Of a stretch of 64,000 nt of DNA, positions 11,453 to 28,214 are shown one piece after another. The translations under genes were made by a program, and so were the position numbers. The stretch is from Macrostomum lignano. Its lineage: Eukaryota. The stretch covers positions 547,335 through 611,334 of the forward strand of contig NIVC01000033.1 of assembly GCA_002269645.1 (NCBI GenBank). Reading direction: 5' to 3'. The number at the start of each line of letters is the position of its first letter. Position 1 is the first letter of the stretch. The notes under the pieces were generated by a model. The model did not search any database, had not been told where the DNA came from, and was given only the letters and a program-made list of their open reading frames with translations.

Positions 11453-13393
11453 TAATTAATCAATTGATCAATCAATCAATCAACAGTCAGTCAGTCAATC
11501 AATCAATCAATCAATCAATAAATAAATAAATAAATAAATAAATCAATAAATCAATGAATCAAGCAATCATTCAATTAATCAATCAATCGATTAATCAATC
11601 AATTAATCAATCTACAATCAATCAATCAATCAATCATTCAGGTGACAGCTCAGCAGGTGCAGTTTCTGGCTTCAATTCTGCCGCCAGCCCAGGCGTCGTC
11701 GCAGGCCGGAGGCTCGAAGGAGAAGCCGCTGCCCCCGGGCGCCCGGCGCCCAGCCGACCAGCAGGCCGCCATCATCGCCGCCCTGTTCGCCGCTCTGCGC
11801 CGCGAGCCCGGCGTCGTCACCGAGGAGCTGTTCCGCTGCGGCGCCGTGGCCAGCCTGGTGCACATCAGCGTCAACCCGGCCGGCAACACGGAGACTGTCG
11901 TCCGGTATGCTGATGCGCTGCTCGCCTTCCTTGCCTCGAGCGGTGAGGGAGCCACAAACAGGTGAGGATGGGGACTCAAAGCTGCGTACTGATTGCTTAC
12001 TGAGCGCTATTTGCTTTCCAAGTCCCAATCTACCAATTTTTTTTATGTAGCCGATTTACCTCCAATTCCGCGATTTAGCTTCCAGTCGATCTATCTACCT
12101 TCCAATCTGTCAATCTACCTTCCAATCTGTCAATCTACCTTCCAATCTGTCAATCTACCTTCCAATCTGTCAATCTACCTTCCAGTCGATCTATTTACCT
12201 TCCAATCTGTCAATCTACCTTCCAATCTGTCAATCTACCTTTTAATCTGTCAATCTACCTTCCAATCTGTCAATCTACCTTCCAATCTGTCAATCTACCT
12301 TCCAGTCGATCTATTTACCTTCCAATCTGTCAATCTACCTTCCAATCTGTCAATCTACCTTCCAATCTGTCAATCTACCTTCCAATCTGTCAATCTACCT
12401 TCCAATCTGTCAATCTACCTTCCAATCTGTCAATCTACCTTCCAGTCGATCTATTTACCTTCCAATCTGTCAATCTACCTTCCAATCTGTCAATCTACCT
12501 TCCAATCTGTCAATCTACCTTCCAATCTGTCAATCTACCTTCCAATCTGTCAATCTACCTTCCAATCTGTCAATCTACCTTCCAATCTGTCAATCTACCT
12601 TCCATTCTGTCAATCTACCTTCCAATCTGTCTATATGCCTTTCTCCTTTTTACCTTTCTGCCTACTTACGAGTACTAATCTACCGTTATACCTCCAAATC
12701 TGCCTACCTACGTTTCAATCTACCGATCTACCTACCTAATAATCTACCTAAAAATGACTCCCATCAACTCACAATTTCACCCTCTCCCCCCATACCTGCT
12801 CAGGAACCGTCTGCGCGACGAGTTCGGCTGGAGCGGGCCGCACAAGTCCAGCCAGCAGCAGCTGCTGCGGAAGCAAAAGCCAAAGAGCGGCGCGGCAGCG
12901 GCCCCGTCCGGGTCGGTCTCCGCCTCGACCACCGTGCAGAAGAAGACCGTCCAGGAGCAGCACATGCACGGCTCGTCCGCCTCGGCCGGTGCTGGCAGCG
13001 GCGTGAATATCGCATACGACAATGCGGGCTTCCAGGTGGGCGGGGTTGCGACCTTAGCATTGCAGTACATTGATTGAGTCAACACTGATCGCCACACAGA
13101 TTTGCCACACAGATCACACACGTAGCTCATATCACACATCACACGCACGTCGCAAACACATCATTTCCAGCATCGCACCTGTCCTCTTAAAGCCAAACTC
13201 TTTTCCCCCCATCCTCCTTTCCAAGCCCACCACCCTGGAGCTGCGCGCCACCTCTTCCGAGCCGCAATACGCGCAGATCAACAGAGGCGAGAGGGGCTAC
13301 GGCTACAGCGCCACCACCACGACAAAGACCACCACGGTAGTGCAGAGCCAACAGGAGCAGGAGCAGCAGCAGGTGGCTGACAGCTGGGTTTGA
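602..13393 (+). CDS. CTNND2: p120/delta-catenin family armadillo-repeat protein (delta-catenin/p0071/ARVCF-like), 9 coding exons, about 1028 aa
   Basis: Exons 602-672, 787-1023, 4442-4941, 5144-5672, 9300-9528, 10601-11401, 11642-11961, 12804-13035 and 13226-13393 have GT/AG ends and matching phases; total 3087 nt, divisible by 3. ARM motifs typical of the p120 family: AVWNISS, VLLPHAG, SGVLRSVSS, ENCLCAVRNLAF, EAAAGTVQNLAA. C-terminus is DSWV. The symbol is family-level, not strict orthology. Confidence 0.9.
1113..2697. repeat. AC-rich minisatellite, about 19-bp unit ACAAACAAACTGACACAAC with variants (intron 2 of catenin gene)
   Basis: Tandem units read directly; they produce the spurious CCVSLFVLCQFV ORFs. 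Confidence 0.95.
2800..3322. repeat. 33-bp minisatellite GATTGACCGACACGTGTACTTCCCAGGTGTTTT, about 15-16 copies
   Basis: Near-perfect tandem copies without spacers; each unit contains ACACGTGT or ACGCGTGT. Confidence 0.95.
5752..6010. repeat. 14-bp minisatellite TAGGATTCCCTACC (left part of an array interrupted by the gypsy element)
   Basis: Near-perfect tandem units containing the CCTAGG palindrome. Confidence 0.95.
6270..8681 (-). pseudogene. gag-pol polyprotein of the gypsy element, disrupted in RNase H
   Basis: A 1-nt insertion near 6270 (ATA TAA TGG instead of ATA TAT GGC) and an in-frame TGA near 6125 after WAP; the frame then continues KMLIADMLSRAYLP. Confidence 0.85.
8711..8891 (-). 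repeat. 5' LTR (181 bp) of the gypsy element
   Basis: Starts TGTCAGTG and ends CATTACA on the minus strand, contains AATAAA, and is immediately followed by a TGGCG PBS and the gag ATG at 8681. Confidence 0.85.
8892..9260. repeat. Right part of the CCTAGG-containing 14-bp minisatellite, degenerate
   Basis: Same TAGGATTCCCTACC-type units as 5752-6010, decaying toward exon 5. Confidence 0.9.
9560..10530. repeat. G-rich 19/20-bp minisatellite GATTGGATGGGGAAGAG(A)TA (intron 5)
   Basis: Tandem units read directly. Confidence 0.95.
11410..11640. repeat. (TCAA)n/(TAAA)n microsatellite filling intron 6
   Basis: Direct observation; it runs up to the CAG acceptor at 11639-11641. Confidence 0.95.
12075..12640. 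repeat. 20-bp minisatellite CCTTCCAATCTGTCAATCTA (intron 7)
   Basis: Tandem units read directly. Confidence 0.95.
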
Positions 13394-13552
13394 GGCCGAA
13401 ATTAATAAAAAATTACTACAATTTCCTGAATAACCACCAGTTCATCGCGGATGTGCTGTTTATTTGCATAAATTATTGTTTCATGTTGGCTTCTGCTTTT
13501 GCGAATGACAATGTGGGAATTGCTATTAAATAGTGGATTCGTTCTGGACACT

Positions 13553-14520
13553 GCTCTCTTCTTGTCTCTTCCCTCTCTTCTTGTCTCTTCCCTCTCCTCT
13601 TGTCTCTCCCCTCTCTTCTTGTCTCTCCCCTCTCTTCTTGTCTCTCCCCTCTCTTCTTGTCTCTCCCCTCTCTTCTTGTCTCTTCCCTCTCTTCTTGTCT
13701 CTCCCCTCTCTTCTTGTCTCTCCCCTCTCTTCTTGTCTCTCCCCTCTCTTCTTGTCTCTTCCCTCTCTTCTTGTCTCTCCCCTCTCTTCTTGTCTCTCCC
13801 TCTCTTCTTGTCTCTTCCCTCTTCTTGTCTCTTCCCTCTCTTCTTGTCTCTTCCCTCTCTTCTTGTCTCTTCCCTCTCTTCTTGTCTCTCCCCTCTCTTC
13901 TTGTCTCTCCCCTCTCTTCTTGTCTCTCCCCTCTCTTCTTGTCTCTCCCCTCTCTTCTTGTCTCTTCCCTCTCTTCTTGTCTCTCCCCTCTCTTCTTGTC
14001 TCTTCCCTCTCTTCTTGTCTCTCCCCTCTCTTCTTGTCTCTTCCCTCTCTTCTTGTCTCTTCCCTCTCTTCTTGTCTCTTCCCTCTCTTCTTGTCTCTTC
14101 CCTCTCTTCTTGTCTCTCCCCTCTCTTCTTGTCTCTTCCCTCTCTTCTTGTCTCTCCCCTCTCTTCTTGTCTCTCCCTCTCTTCTTGTCTCTTCCCTCTT
14201 CTTGTCTCTTCCCTCTCTTCTTGTCTCTTCCCTCTCTTCTTGTCTCTTCCCTCTCTTCTTGTCTCTCCCCTCTCTTCTTGTCTCTCCCCTCTCTTCTTGT
14301 CTCTCCCCTCTCTTCTTGTCTCTCCCCTCTCTTCTTGTCTCTCCCCTCTCTTCTTGTCTCTTCCCTCTCTTCTTGTCTCTTCCCTCTCTTCTTGTCTTTC
14401 CCCTCTCTTCTTGTCTCTCCCTCTCTTCTTGTCTCTCCCCTCTCCATTTGTCTCTGCCCTCTCTTCTTGTCTCTCCCCTCTCTTCTTGTCTCTCCCCTCT
14501 TCTCTTGTCTCTCTCCTCTC
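13553..14520. repeat. Pyrimidine-rich 19-bp minisatellite CTCTCTTCTTGTCTC(T/C)CC
   Basis: Tandem units just downstream of the catenin stop codon; source of the REEREETR/LSLPSLL ORFs. Confidence 0.95.
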
Positions 14521-15414
14521 TTTTTGTCCCTAACTCTCTCCCATCAGATCAGTAAAATGATTGATAATCTAATATTTAAATCTATACAAATTACAAAACA
14601 CCCTTGTTTATTTGCGCGCTTTTACTGACCGTTAAAAGCTGACTTTTAAGCTGCATAAACTTTACTTTTTTGCTGTCAATTTTTTCTTGAAACAAATCGA
14701 ACGATGAGTTTACGCTGTGTAATTTTTTCAATGCTAACCTTCGCTGACCTGTCAATCACCCGGCAGACGGCAGTGGAAGGCGTGCGCCAGCCGGTCAGCC
14801 AGTCTCTGACTCACCTGAGCTCACCTGCATCTCTAACCAATTCTCATTGTGCTGTGATTTCCCACCTAACAATAAAACCACCCAAACCCGTGTACGGACA
14901 TTGTACCCGTTTAGCGACCTTGAACTTCTTTTTAGACTGATGATGCAGTGCCCCAAATTCGCGCTCATTTAAATTTAACTGCAAGCTAACAGTTTAAAAA
15001 ATTTATTCATCTTGTAAGGAAAGCATGTAGCGTTTTATGAGTGACTCAAAAACAAAAGACAGCTGCTTTTATTTGTGTGCTTGCTGGAACACCCGCGGAG
15101 CCGGTCTCTTAATACGAGTATGCTTCCATGATTAACCTGCTAGCGCATCAAAGTATAGATATATGCATAGCATCTGTAAAATACACCTGATCCTCAGATC
15201 CTCCAATGTCATATTCAACACATTTTTGTTACTATGAAACTATCAAAAGGGATTGTTAGATTCTGTGCGTATTTTACTGCTGCAAGTAGTATACCTGTTA
15301 AGTAAAACAATTTTTTAGTTGAAATAAACGGCACAGCGACTTGCTTCATCCGATTTTGGTTGGCTTAGAAGAACTTTTGGTCTTGCGTGTGGCTGCCTCT
15401 GTAGTGGTGCGTAC

Positions 15415-15880
15415 TTTCTGATCTGATAACCTGCTTCCCAATCTGATAACCTGTTTCCCAATCTGATAACCTGCTTCCCAATCTGATAACCTGCTTCCCA
15501 ATCTGATAACCTGCTTCCCAATCTGATAACCTGCTTCCCAATCTGATAACCTGCTTCCCAATCTGATAACCTGCTTCCCAATCTGCTAAACTGATTCCCA
15601 ATCTGAGAATCTGCTTCCCAATCTGCTAAACTGATTCCCAATCTGAGAATCTGCTTCCCAATCTGAAAATCTGCTTCCCAATCTGAGAATCTGCTTCCCA
15701 ATCTGAGAATCTGCTTCCCATTTTGCTAAACTGATTACCAATCTGAGAATCTGCTTCCCAATCTGAGAATCTGCTTCCCATTTTGCTAAACTGATTACCA
15801 ATCTGAGAATCTGCTTCCCTATTTGAGAAGCTGCTTCCCAAACGGAGAATCTGCTTCTCAGTCCAAAAATCTGCTTCCCT
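15415..15880. repeat. 20-bp minisatellite CCCAATCTGATAACCTGCTT and variants
   Basis: Tandem units read directly. Confidence 0.93.
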
Positions 15881-16124
15881 ATCTGAAAACAGCTTTAAAA
15901 AGTAAAATCTGATTCCCTATGTAAAAATTCCTTTCAAAAATGTAGAATCTGCATACTGAAGTGAATCTCAGCTCGTATTGCATAAAAAGCGATACAAGCG
16001 AAATAGAGAGGAATTCAGAAGGACACAAAGGACGTCTGCTATTATGCATTTTAATCATATTGTGACGAGATTAAATCGTAGTAGGCGACGTTATTGGCGC
16101 TTCTGACGCTCAAAGCATATCACT

Positions 16125-16742
16125 CCTGACACACAAAGCATGTCTCTCCTGACACTCCAAGTATGTCACTCCTGACACTTAAAGCATGTCACTCCTGACA
16201 CTCCAAGTATGTCACTCCTGACACTCCAAGTATGTCACTCCTGACACTCAAAGCATGTCACTCCTGACAATTAAAGTATGTCACTCATGACAATCGAAGT
16301 ATGTCAACACCTGACACGCCAAGCATGTCACTCCTGATACTTAAAGCATGCCACTCCTGACACTCCAAGCATGTCACTCCTGACATTTAAAGCATGTCAC
16401 TCCTGACAACTCAAAGCATGTCACTCCTGACAACTCAAAGCATGTCACTCCTGACATTTAAAGCATGTCACTCCTGACAACTCAGAGCATGTCACTCCTG
16501 ACAACTCAAAGCATGTCACTCCTGACATTTAAAGCATGTCACTCCTGACAACTCAAAGCATGTCACTCCTGACAACTCAAAGCATGTCACTCCTGACAAC
16601 TCAAAGCATGTCACTCCTGACATTTAAAGCATGTCACTCCTGACAACTCAAAGCATGTCACTCCTGACAACTCAAAGCATGTCACTCCTGACAACTCAAA
16701 GCATGTCACTCCTGACAACTCAAAGCATGTCACTCCTGACAT
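16125..16742. repeat. 23/24-bp minisatellite AAAGCATGTCACTCCTGACAACTC (copy 1)
   Basis: Tandem units with an internal TGTCA-CTCC-TGACA hairpin and no unique spacers. Confidence 0.93.
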
Positions 16743-17624
16743 ATTTTGTCTACTTTTATTATTATGAGTCTTGCATGCGTCACAGAGAGTGACAGCGAAA
16801 AATATCTATTGCAGTACTTCAGCCAGGTGCTTTATAATATAGGATTAAAATAACGGAATAATAGACGGCGCGGAGCGGCAGGGAGACAGACACCCACCTA
16901 GCTAAAAAAAAGTTGTTTACAAAGTCGCATGCAGAGCGGCCTGACTTGAACCCCCAAAACCCATTGTGCGACTGACTGTCTCGAGCAGAGAGTAAACAGC
17001 CTGCCTGCCATAATTTACCTGCTGCACTGCGCTGCTCAACTGCTCTCTGCATCTCCGCGGGCGGGCTGAGCCGTACATTTAGTTAGTAATAATCTGGACA
17101 GAGCATGCACATTGTTGTTGCATTGGGAATTGGGGGCTGCACAGGGACCGAGAGAGAGGTAGAGGGAGACAGGAGGGCAGGCAAGCGAGTACAGGCTACA
17201 GTGCGTAGTTAGTTTACAGTATCCTAGCAACCAGAAGAGAGCTGTGAGGGTGGAGAGCTGGCGAAGGGGATGGGTGCAGTCACTCACAGCACCCCTGATC
17301 ATTCTTTCTCGCTAAGCCCGTCATGGCGCATAAAAAAAGCAACACGCATTGAGTCGCAGAAGCCTTAGCAGCGATAAGAACTTTTTATTGGTGTCTCTGC
17401 ACTATAGTAGATCATTTTCTGGGAGAGAAACATAAAGTACACTGGGATTCGTGTAAGTTCAAAGCTTTCAATAAGTTCTTATTAAATGCCTAATCGCACG
17501 GCTTGTACATGTTTTTGCGATGCTATGCATATTTTACGCGGCTAATTTTATTATCAAGCCTAAAGACACTAAGTTTATTACCAACTATGGGGCCATACAT
17601 GTAGATACGAATCAAGTACTATAG

Positions 17625-19269
<1,645 letters not shown>

Positions 19270-19296
<27 letters not shown>

Positions 19297-19763
19297 AGTA
19301 TGTCACTCATGACAATCGAAGTATGTCAACACCTGACACGCCAAGCATGTCACTCCTGATACTTAAAGCATGCCACTCCTGACACTCCAAGCATGTCACT
19401 CCTGACATTTAAAGCATGTCACTCCTGACAACTCAAAGCATGTCACTCCTGACAACTCAAAGCATGTCACTCCTGACATTTAAAGCATGTCACTCCTGAC
19501 AACTCAGAGCATGTCACTCCTGACAACTCAAAGCATGTCACTCCTGACATTTAAAGCATGTCACTCCTGACAACTCAAAGCATGTCACTCCTGACAACTC
19601 AAAGCATGTCACTCCTGACAACTCAAAGCATGTCACTCCTGACATTTAAAGCATGTCACTCCTGACAACTCAAAGCATGTCACTCCTGACAACTCAAAGC
19701 ATGTCACTCCTGACAACTCAAAGCATGTCACTCCTGACAACTCAAAGCATGTCACTCCTGACA
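19270..19763. repeat. 23/24-bp TGTCACTCCTGACA minisatellite (copy 2)
   Basis: Duplicate of 16248-16742. Confidence 0.93.
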
Positions 19764-20646
19764 TATTTTGTCTACTTTTATTATTATGAGTCTTGCATGC
19801 GTCACAGAGAGTGACAGCGAAAAATATCTATTGCAGTACTTCAGCCAGGTGCTTTATAATATAGGATTAAAATAACGGAATAATAGACGGCGCGGAGCGG
19901 CAGGGAGACAGACACCCACCTAGCTAAAAAAAAGTTGTTTACAAAGTCGCATGCAGAGCGGCCTGACTTGAACCCCCAAAACCCATTGTGCGACTGACTG
20001 TCTCGAGCAGAGAGTAAACAGCCTGCCTGCCATAATTTACCTGCTGCACTGCGCTGCTCAACTGCTCTCTGCATCTCCGCGGGCGGGCTGAGCCGTACAT
20101 TTAGTTAGTAATAATCTGGACAGAGCATGCACATTGTTGTTGCATTGGGAATTGGGGGCTGCACAGGGACCGAGAGAGAGGTAGAGGGAGACAGGAGGGC
20201 AGGCAAGCGAGTACAGGCTACAGTGCGTAGTTAGTTTACAGTATCCTAGCAACCAGAAGAGAGCTGTGAGGGTGGAGAGCTGGCGAAGGGGATGGGTGCA
20301 GTCACTCACAGCACCCCTGATCATTCTTTCTCGCTAAGCCCGTCATGGCGCATAAAAAAAGCAACACGCATTGAGTCGCAGAAGCCTTAGCAGCGATAAG
20401 AACTTTTTATTGGTGTCTCTGCACTATAGTAGATCATTTTCTGGGAGAGAAACATAAAGTACACTGGGATTCGTGTAAGTTCAAAGCTTTCAATAAGTTC
20501 TTATTAAATGCCTAATCGCACGGCTTGTACATGTTTTTGCGATGCTATGCATATTTTACGCGGCTAATTTTATTATCAAGCCTAAAGACACTAAGTTTAT
20601 TACCAACTATGGGGCCATACATGTAGATACGAATCAAGTACTATAG

Positions 20647-23573
<2,927 letters not shown>

Positions 23574-25777
23574 TATCGATTCACGCAAAACATTTTTTGT
23601 TATCAGATACAGGTATGAATAGATATACTCGTATTATGTTCAGAGAAAAGTACAATTTTACGATTTATGGTACACTTTTATTTGACTTGTTACCCTGAAG
23701 TTCAAACTCTTGCAAGAATTTGGCGAGTGTTTATTATACACAAAAATATTTTCAAAACCATGGCCGTAGGTTCGGAGAGATTATTTAAAACTTCGAACTG
23801 CTGCCTGGATGTTTACAGACCAATATCTAAATGACGAGGCATTTGGCCGTCTAAAATAACAAAGCTATTTTAGCACTAGCTGTTTAACCCACAGCGCTAC
23901 ACACCATACGTCTAATCCAGTTTTCAAGTGCTATTGCGTGATGTGAGTATTAAAAGAGTAAATATTGTTTATCCCAGTAAGTGTGCTTTATACTAGAAAA
24001 TTTAAAATGCTACAGGTGCAAAACTGTGAGCAGCAGGTAGCATGTTTAATATAAAGCTTGAGCCTAGGCCTATCACTATCAACAAAAATATTTTATACAT
24101 GTAAATGAACTTTTGACCTCGCCTGTGTTATTAACTATTTTGTAATGAACACATGTAGCTAGTGCACAAAGTGCACCTCAAGCAACCCCTTTTTACAAAT
24201 TTATGACAGCAATGAAGCATCTGTGATAGCAGCGACAAAAATGGGAATTTATCAGATTCCCTATTGAATTTTCCCTATTGAGTTTTCTATTCCGTCTTTT
24301 TGCGCTCCAACAGATTTTTTTCATTGATTTTCTTAAATTATTTACTTAGCTTCTTTGCGAGTTCTGATAGAAATACTCGTACCTCGTACATAGCTATAGA
24401 TACCATAGTTTATTGTGTACAGAGACAGCTTAGAATTATACGAGCTAGTTGTTTCCTACGACTAACTTTATAGCCACAGTACGCAATTTCAAGTTTCAAT
24501 CCTGCCGCTATAAAAAAACTAAAAAAGATTTGTCTTCCTCTTCAGAGTTTGCCCTGTTTCTGACTGAACAATAGATCGTATGCTTGCTCTTTTTTTACAA
24601 ACAATGACGCAGCGTAAGTTATTATTAAACCCAGAAATTTTCATTTTTATTGCAAGTTTCACCCCCCCAATCTGTTAGCATGTACATTTGTGGCTACATG
24701 TATAATTATTTTGTTAATTTTAAAATTACGAGCTACTTATCTTCTTAAAATTCATGCTAATAAAACCTCAGATGCAAACGAATTTAACTAAACCTGAAGC
24801 CGTTTTAGTTAAACTTGAAGGATTTTTTCCTGATGGGCATTACTGAGTGCATTCAATTTTATTTATACATTTATTTATACACAAATATTTATATTATACC
24901 GACAGACCATTTTCAGTATTAGGATATAGCCAGCCTAATTGACAACCACTGCAGGTTTGCTCGCAGTTGACCGGCCCAAGGAAGCGGTGATATTGGTGAC
25001 CTGGCAACCACCCTAGAAAAATTCACGGCAGGAGTGCCGCTTTGAATCGTTGCTCATAGGGGCCATTGCTCAAAATTTTAGTTCAAAGCAATGACCTTCA
25101 TGCAATGGCCGGCAACTCTTTTGAATCAGTATTTATTATGCAAGTAGCATTTCTTTATGACTCCGAAACGAATAAAACAGTCAATTTTCCACGGTTTTGC
25201 TTGCTTGAGAACTTCGTTCCTTCATCACCGCTGGCGAGTGGCCGTGGGTGTCCATCTGAGTCGGTGTGCAGCTGCAGGCAGGTCCTCTCCTTCATGAATT
25301 GAAGGATCGCTGGCAAGCTAAGGAGAGCGATTGCAGACTTGGCTTGCTTAAAGAAGCGCTGAGCCGAGCCCTCTCTGTCGCGAGGTCTTTTTGCCATAGA
25401 CGAAAAAGTAAAAATCCATAGACAATTCGTCTTAATATAGAGAACTGGAGCACGGCCGTTGCCTTGAACTCTCCTCAGTTGCGAGGCCTTTCTGCCATAG
25501 ACGAAAAAGTAAAATTCATCGACCAATGAAAATTAAGAGTAAATGAAGCTCATTGAAAGTCAGAGTTCATGGCAGTTGGAACTCTGACATTCAATGGACC
25601 CCCACTGTCTGATGGTTGATTACCGAACAGAAATCGCCCAATAAGCATAATGATAATAAACCAAAAAAGCAACTATACTGCGTTGCGCCTGCTACTTGCT
25701 ATTCCAAGAAAACCCAGAATTAACAAATCTGGATCTAAAAGGCTAAAAGCAAAAAAACACAGATGACGGTGCCACAG

Positions 25778-26756
25778 GGCGCGCGTCATGGTCTGCTCAA
25801 GGGTCGCACCGCCGAAAAAGAATCCCTAGTTACGGTGCAACGGGAGGGCTAAATAAGCGCGCGTAACATAACCGCGAATGTGACGAAAAAGACGAAAAAG
25901 TAAATTTTTGGCAAGTGTGGAAATAAGCGCGCACAGGCCCAAGCGCGCAAAAACCACAGTGACTTTACAGCGCAGGCAATTTCTACGGCTGAAGCATAAG
26001 CGCGGAGTCAATTTCTACGGCTGAGACATAAGCGCGGAGGCAATTTCTACGGCTGAAGCATAAGCGCGGAGGCAGTTTTTACGACTATCCGGCACAAAGT
26101 TACGAAGCTGATGGTCCGGCACAAAGTCAGGAAGCTTAATTTTTTGACTACATCACCATTTGGGACGACCACACGTCCTTGGAGCAGCATATTGACGCTG
26201 TCAATGCTTTGGAAACTTTCCGGAGCATCGAGAAAGGCATTGTAAGTGACGTCGGCGTCCTCAGGTAGCGGCGGAATGATTCTGCGACGCTGTCGATACA
26301 TTGTGCTTTCGACGACTTCCGCAAAGCCGATCCCAGTCGCCACGGAAGCAGCTGTGCACTCTGCGTCGCCCCACCCACTCACTCAGCGAGAACTGCACTG
26401 ACTTGATGGGAGAGCTGAATACGCCAGTGTCTTATTATTCTAATAACTTCAAACTGCTGAATTCAAATTGATGCGTCTAAAATGTGCGCTTGTGCCAGAC
26501 TCATGCATTTAAGACGCGCGCTTGTGCCAGACTCATGCGTTATAAATGTGCGCTTGTGCCAGACTCATGCATTTAAGACGCTTCAACAGGTGGCACTTGT
26601 GCCAGTGTGCGCTTGTGTCACAGAGCATTTAAAAAATGCGCGCTCATGTCATGCGTCCCGGTGCAACAGGTCGTTTGGACTGGCCTGGTCAGGAGTGATG
26701 TTGCGTGGACGCAATTTTGCCAAGTTTAAAGCCGGGACGCAGCAGGCCAGCGCGCC
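25778..26756 (-). mobile_element. Probable non-autonomous Mutator-like (MULE) remnant
   Basis: Imperfect terminal inverted match (GGCGCGC...TGG(T/C)CTGCT), short tandem sub-terminal repeats at both ends, and an internal frame with STMYRQRRRIIPPLP resembling the segment upstream of the DDE core in MULE transposases. No TSD found. Confidence 0.45.
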
Positions 26757-28214
26757 TGAGAGTCGAGCAATTAACGTTAATCTGCTGCTTAGTTAATCTG
26801 CTGCTGAGTTCAAGTCTCGTTGTGTCGGATAAATATACGCGGCTGAACTATAGCTGGATACTCGATCCAGCTAGATTTAAGCAACCCCAGAGAACACTTA
26901 CATCTTCTTATCGGTAAGATATACAGTTTCTGGGCCAAGTGTTTTCGAAGCTTGAGGCGTCTCGATTTACTGTATATTTTAAGTTAAATATGCGAGTTAA
27001 GCCTATATCACTTAACAAGAACATGATTCATTAAACTCCAAGAGTCCTCACTGGCCATCGACTCGGGCATGCAGTGCTGCCTGCATTTGTTCAGGCTGCC
27101 GAAGCTGTTGCCAGCCAGCCAGCGTAAGGAAAAAATTCTGCCTTTTTATCGAAGCTGTCTAAAATTCTACTGTCTGAAACATATATTGTTATGATTGGCT
27201 GGTACTAGTGCACGAAATTCCCACCCCACATCCAATGTTGCGAGCAAATTCAAATAAAAGAACTGACGAAGTAGACATCTTCAGCGGCAAATTTACAATT
27301 CGAATCAGCCCAAGAATGGCGGTAATGCCAACAGTTGAAAAACAATGCCAACATTTTCTCCACCAAGAGTTAGCCAACATTTTGTCAATCCAGCCAACCA
27401 TTCTAATCAAAGTTGGTCAGTCATCTGAAACGTTGGAATTTTGGTCAAATTGACCAACTTCTCACCAAATCAATGGACCAAATGAAGTCAACGGGCTGAT
27501 CAATCCCGAAGGTAAACCAGTAAGGTAGATACATATTTTTTTCTGTAATATCCTGTGCGCTTTGGAGCTTCGAACCGTGACGTATCGTCTCTTATCTGGG
27601 ATTCTTGCTACAGTGACTCTGTCTATAATTTCTATTGCGAGTATTAGAGCCAAATAACTAAGGCGGCGGGCGTAAGGCGGCAGATTCAACTGACTTTTAC
27701 TGACGATGCAATCACAGGGTGATCTAGGTACAGTCGGATGTAATTTGGCTCTTAATCACAGTGATTTTGATGGAACAAAAGAAAGTATAACACAGGAGAA
27801 CACACTTCAAGTAAAAAGTTTCCGATTATTTCGGTTCGCTCTAAGTTCCTGTTGTCAGGGCCAACCAAATAGTTTGATATGGTATATGGAGGGGAGGGGA
27901 GTAGTTCTGAAATTGTCTATTCAGGTCGGAAATTACTTAACGCAAGCGTGAGAGAACGCGACAGTGAGCGATGGCGAGAGGGTGAAGCGAGAAAGCTTCT
28001 TGCTTGGTTTACAGGGGTTTGTACAGCATTACAAGTATTCAGGCTTTCGGTTTGGGAGATGTTTCCATGGTGCATTACTGCTTGCTATTGGCTTGAGACT
28101 TGAGTCGTATGATCAACTTTTGCTTGCTTGAGCGTTTTCAGTGGGTTGGTAATGCATTCAAAGCCGGATAGAAACTTTAGGGCAGAAAATAGTTTACTTC
28201 AGTATCAGGGATCC

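Noticed and set aside
11943-11961. Alternative GTGAGG donor at 11943 in catenin exon 7
   Set aside because: It gives phase 1, incompatible with the phase-2 acceptor at 12804; the donor at 11962 fits.
9593-14628. Long ORFs such as LPHPIYLFPIQS, NLPSNLSIYL, REERGETRR and LSLPSLLVS
   Set aside because: All derive from tandem repeats in introns or downstream of the catenin gene.
16125-16742. Hairpin-containing 24-bp repeats resembling CRISPR repeats
   Set aside because: Units are contiguous; the 9-10-nt variable parts are recurring variants, not unique spacers.
25381-25530. Pair of about 43-bp direct repeats (GCGAGG..TGCCATAGACGAAAAAGTAAAAT)
   Set aside because: Only two copies and no associated structure; likely a local duplication within a decayed repeat.
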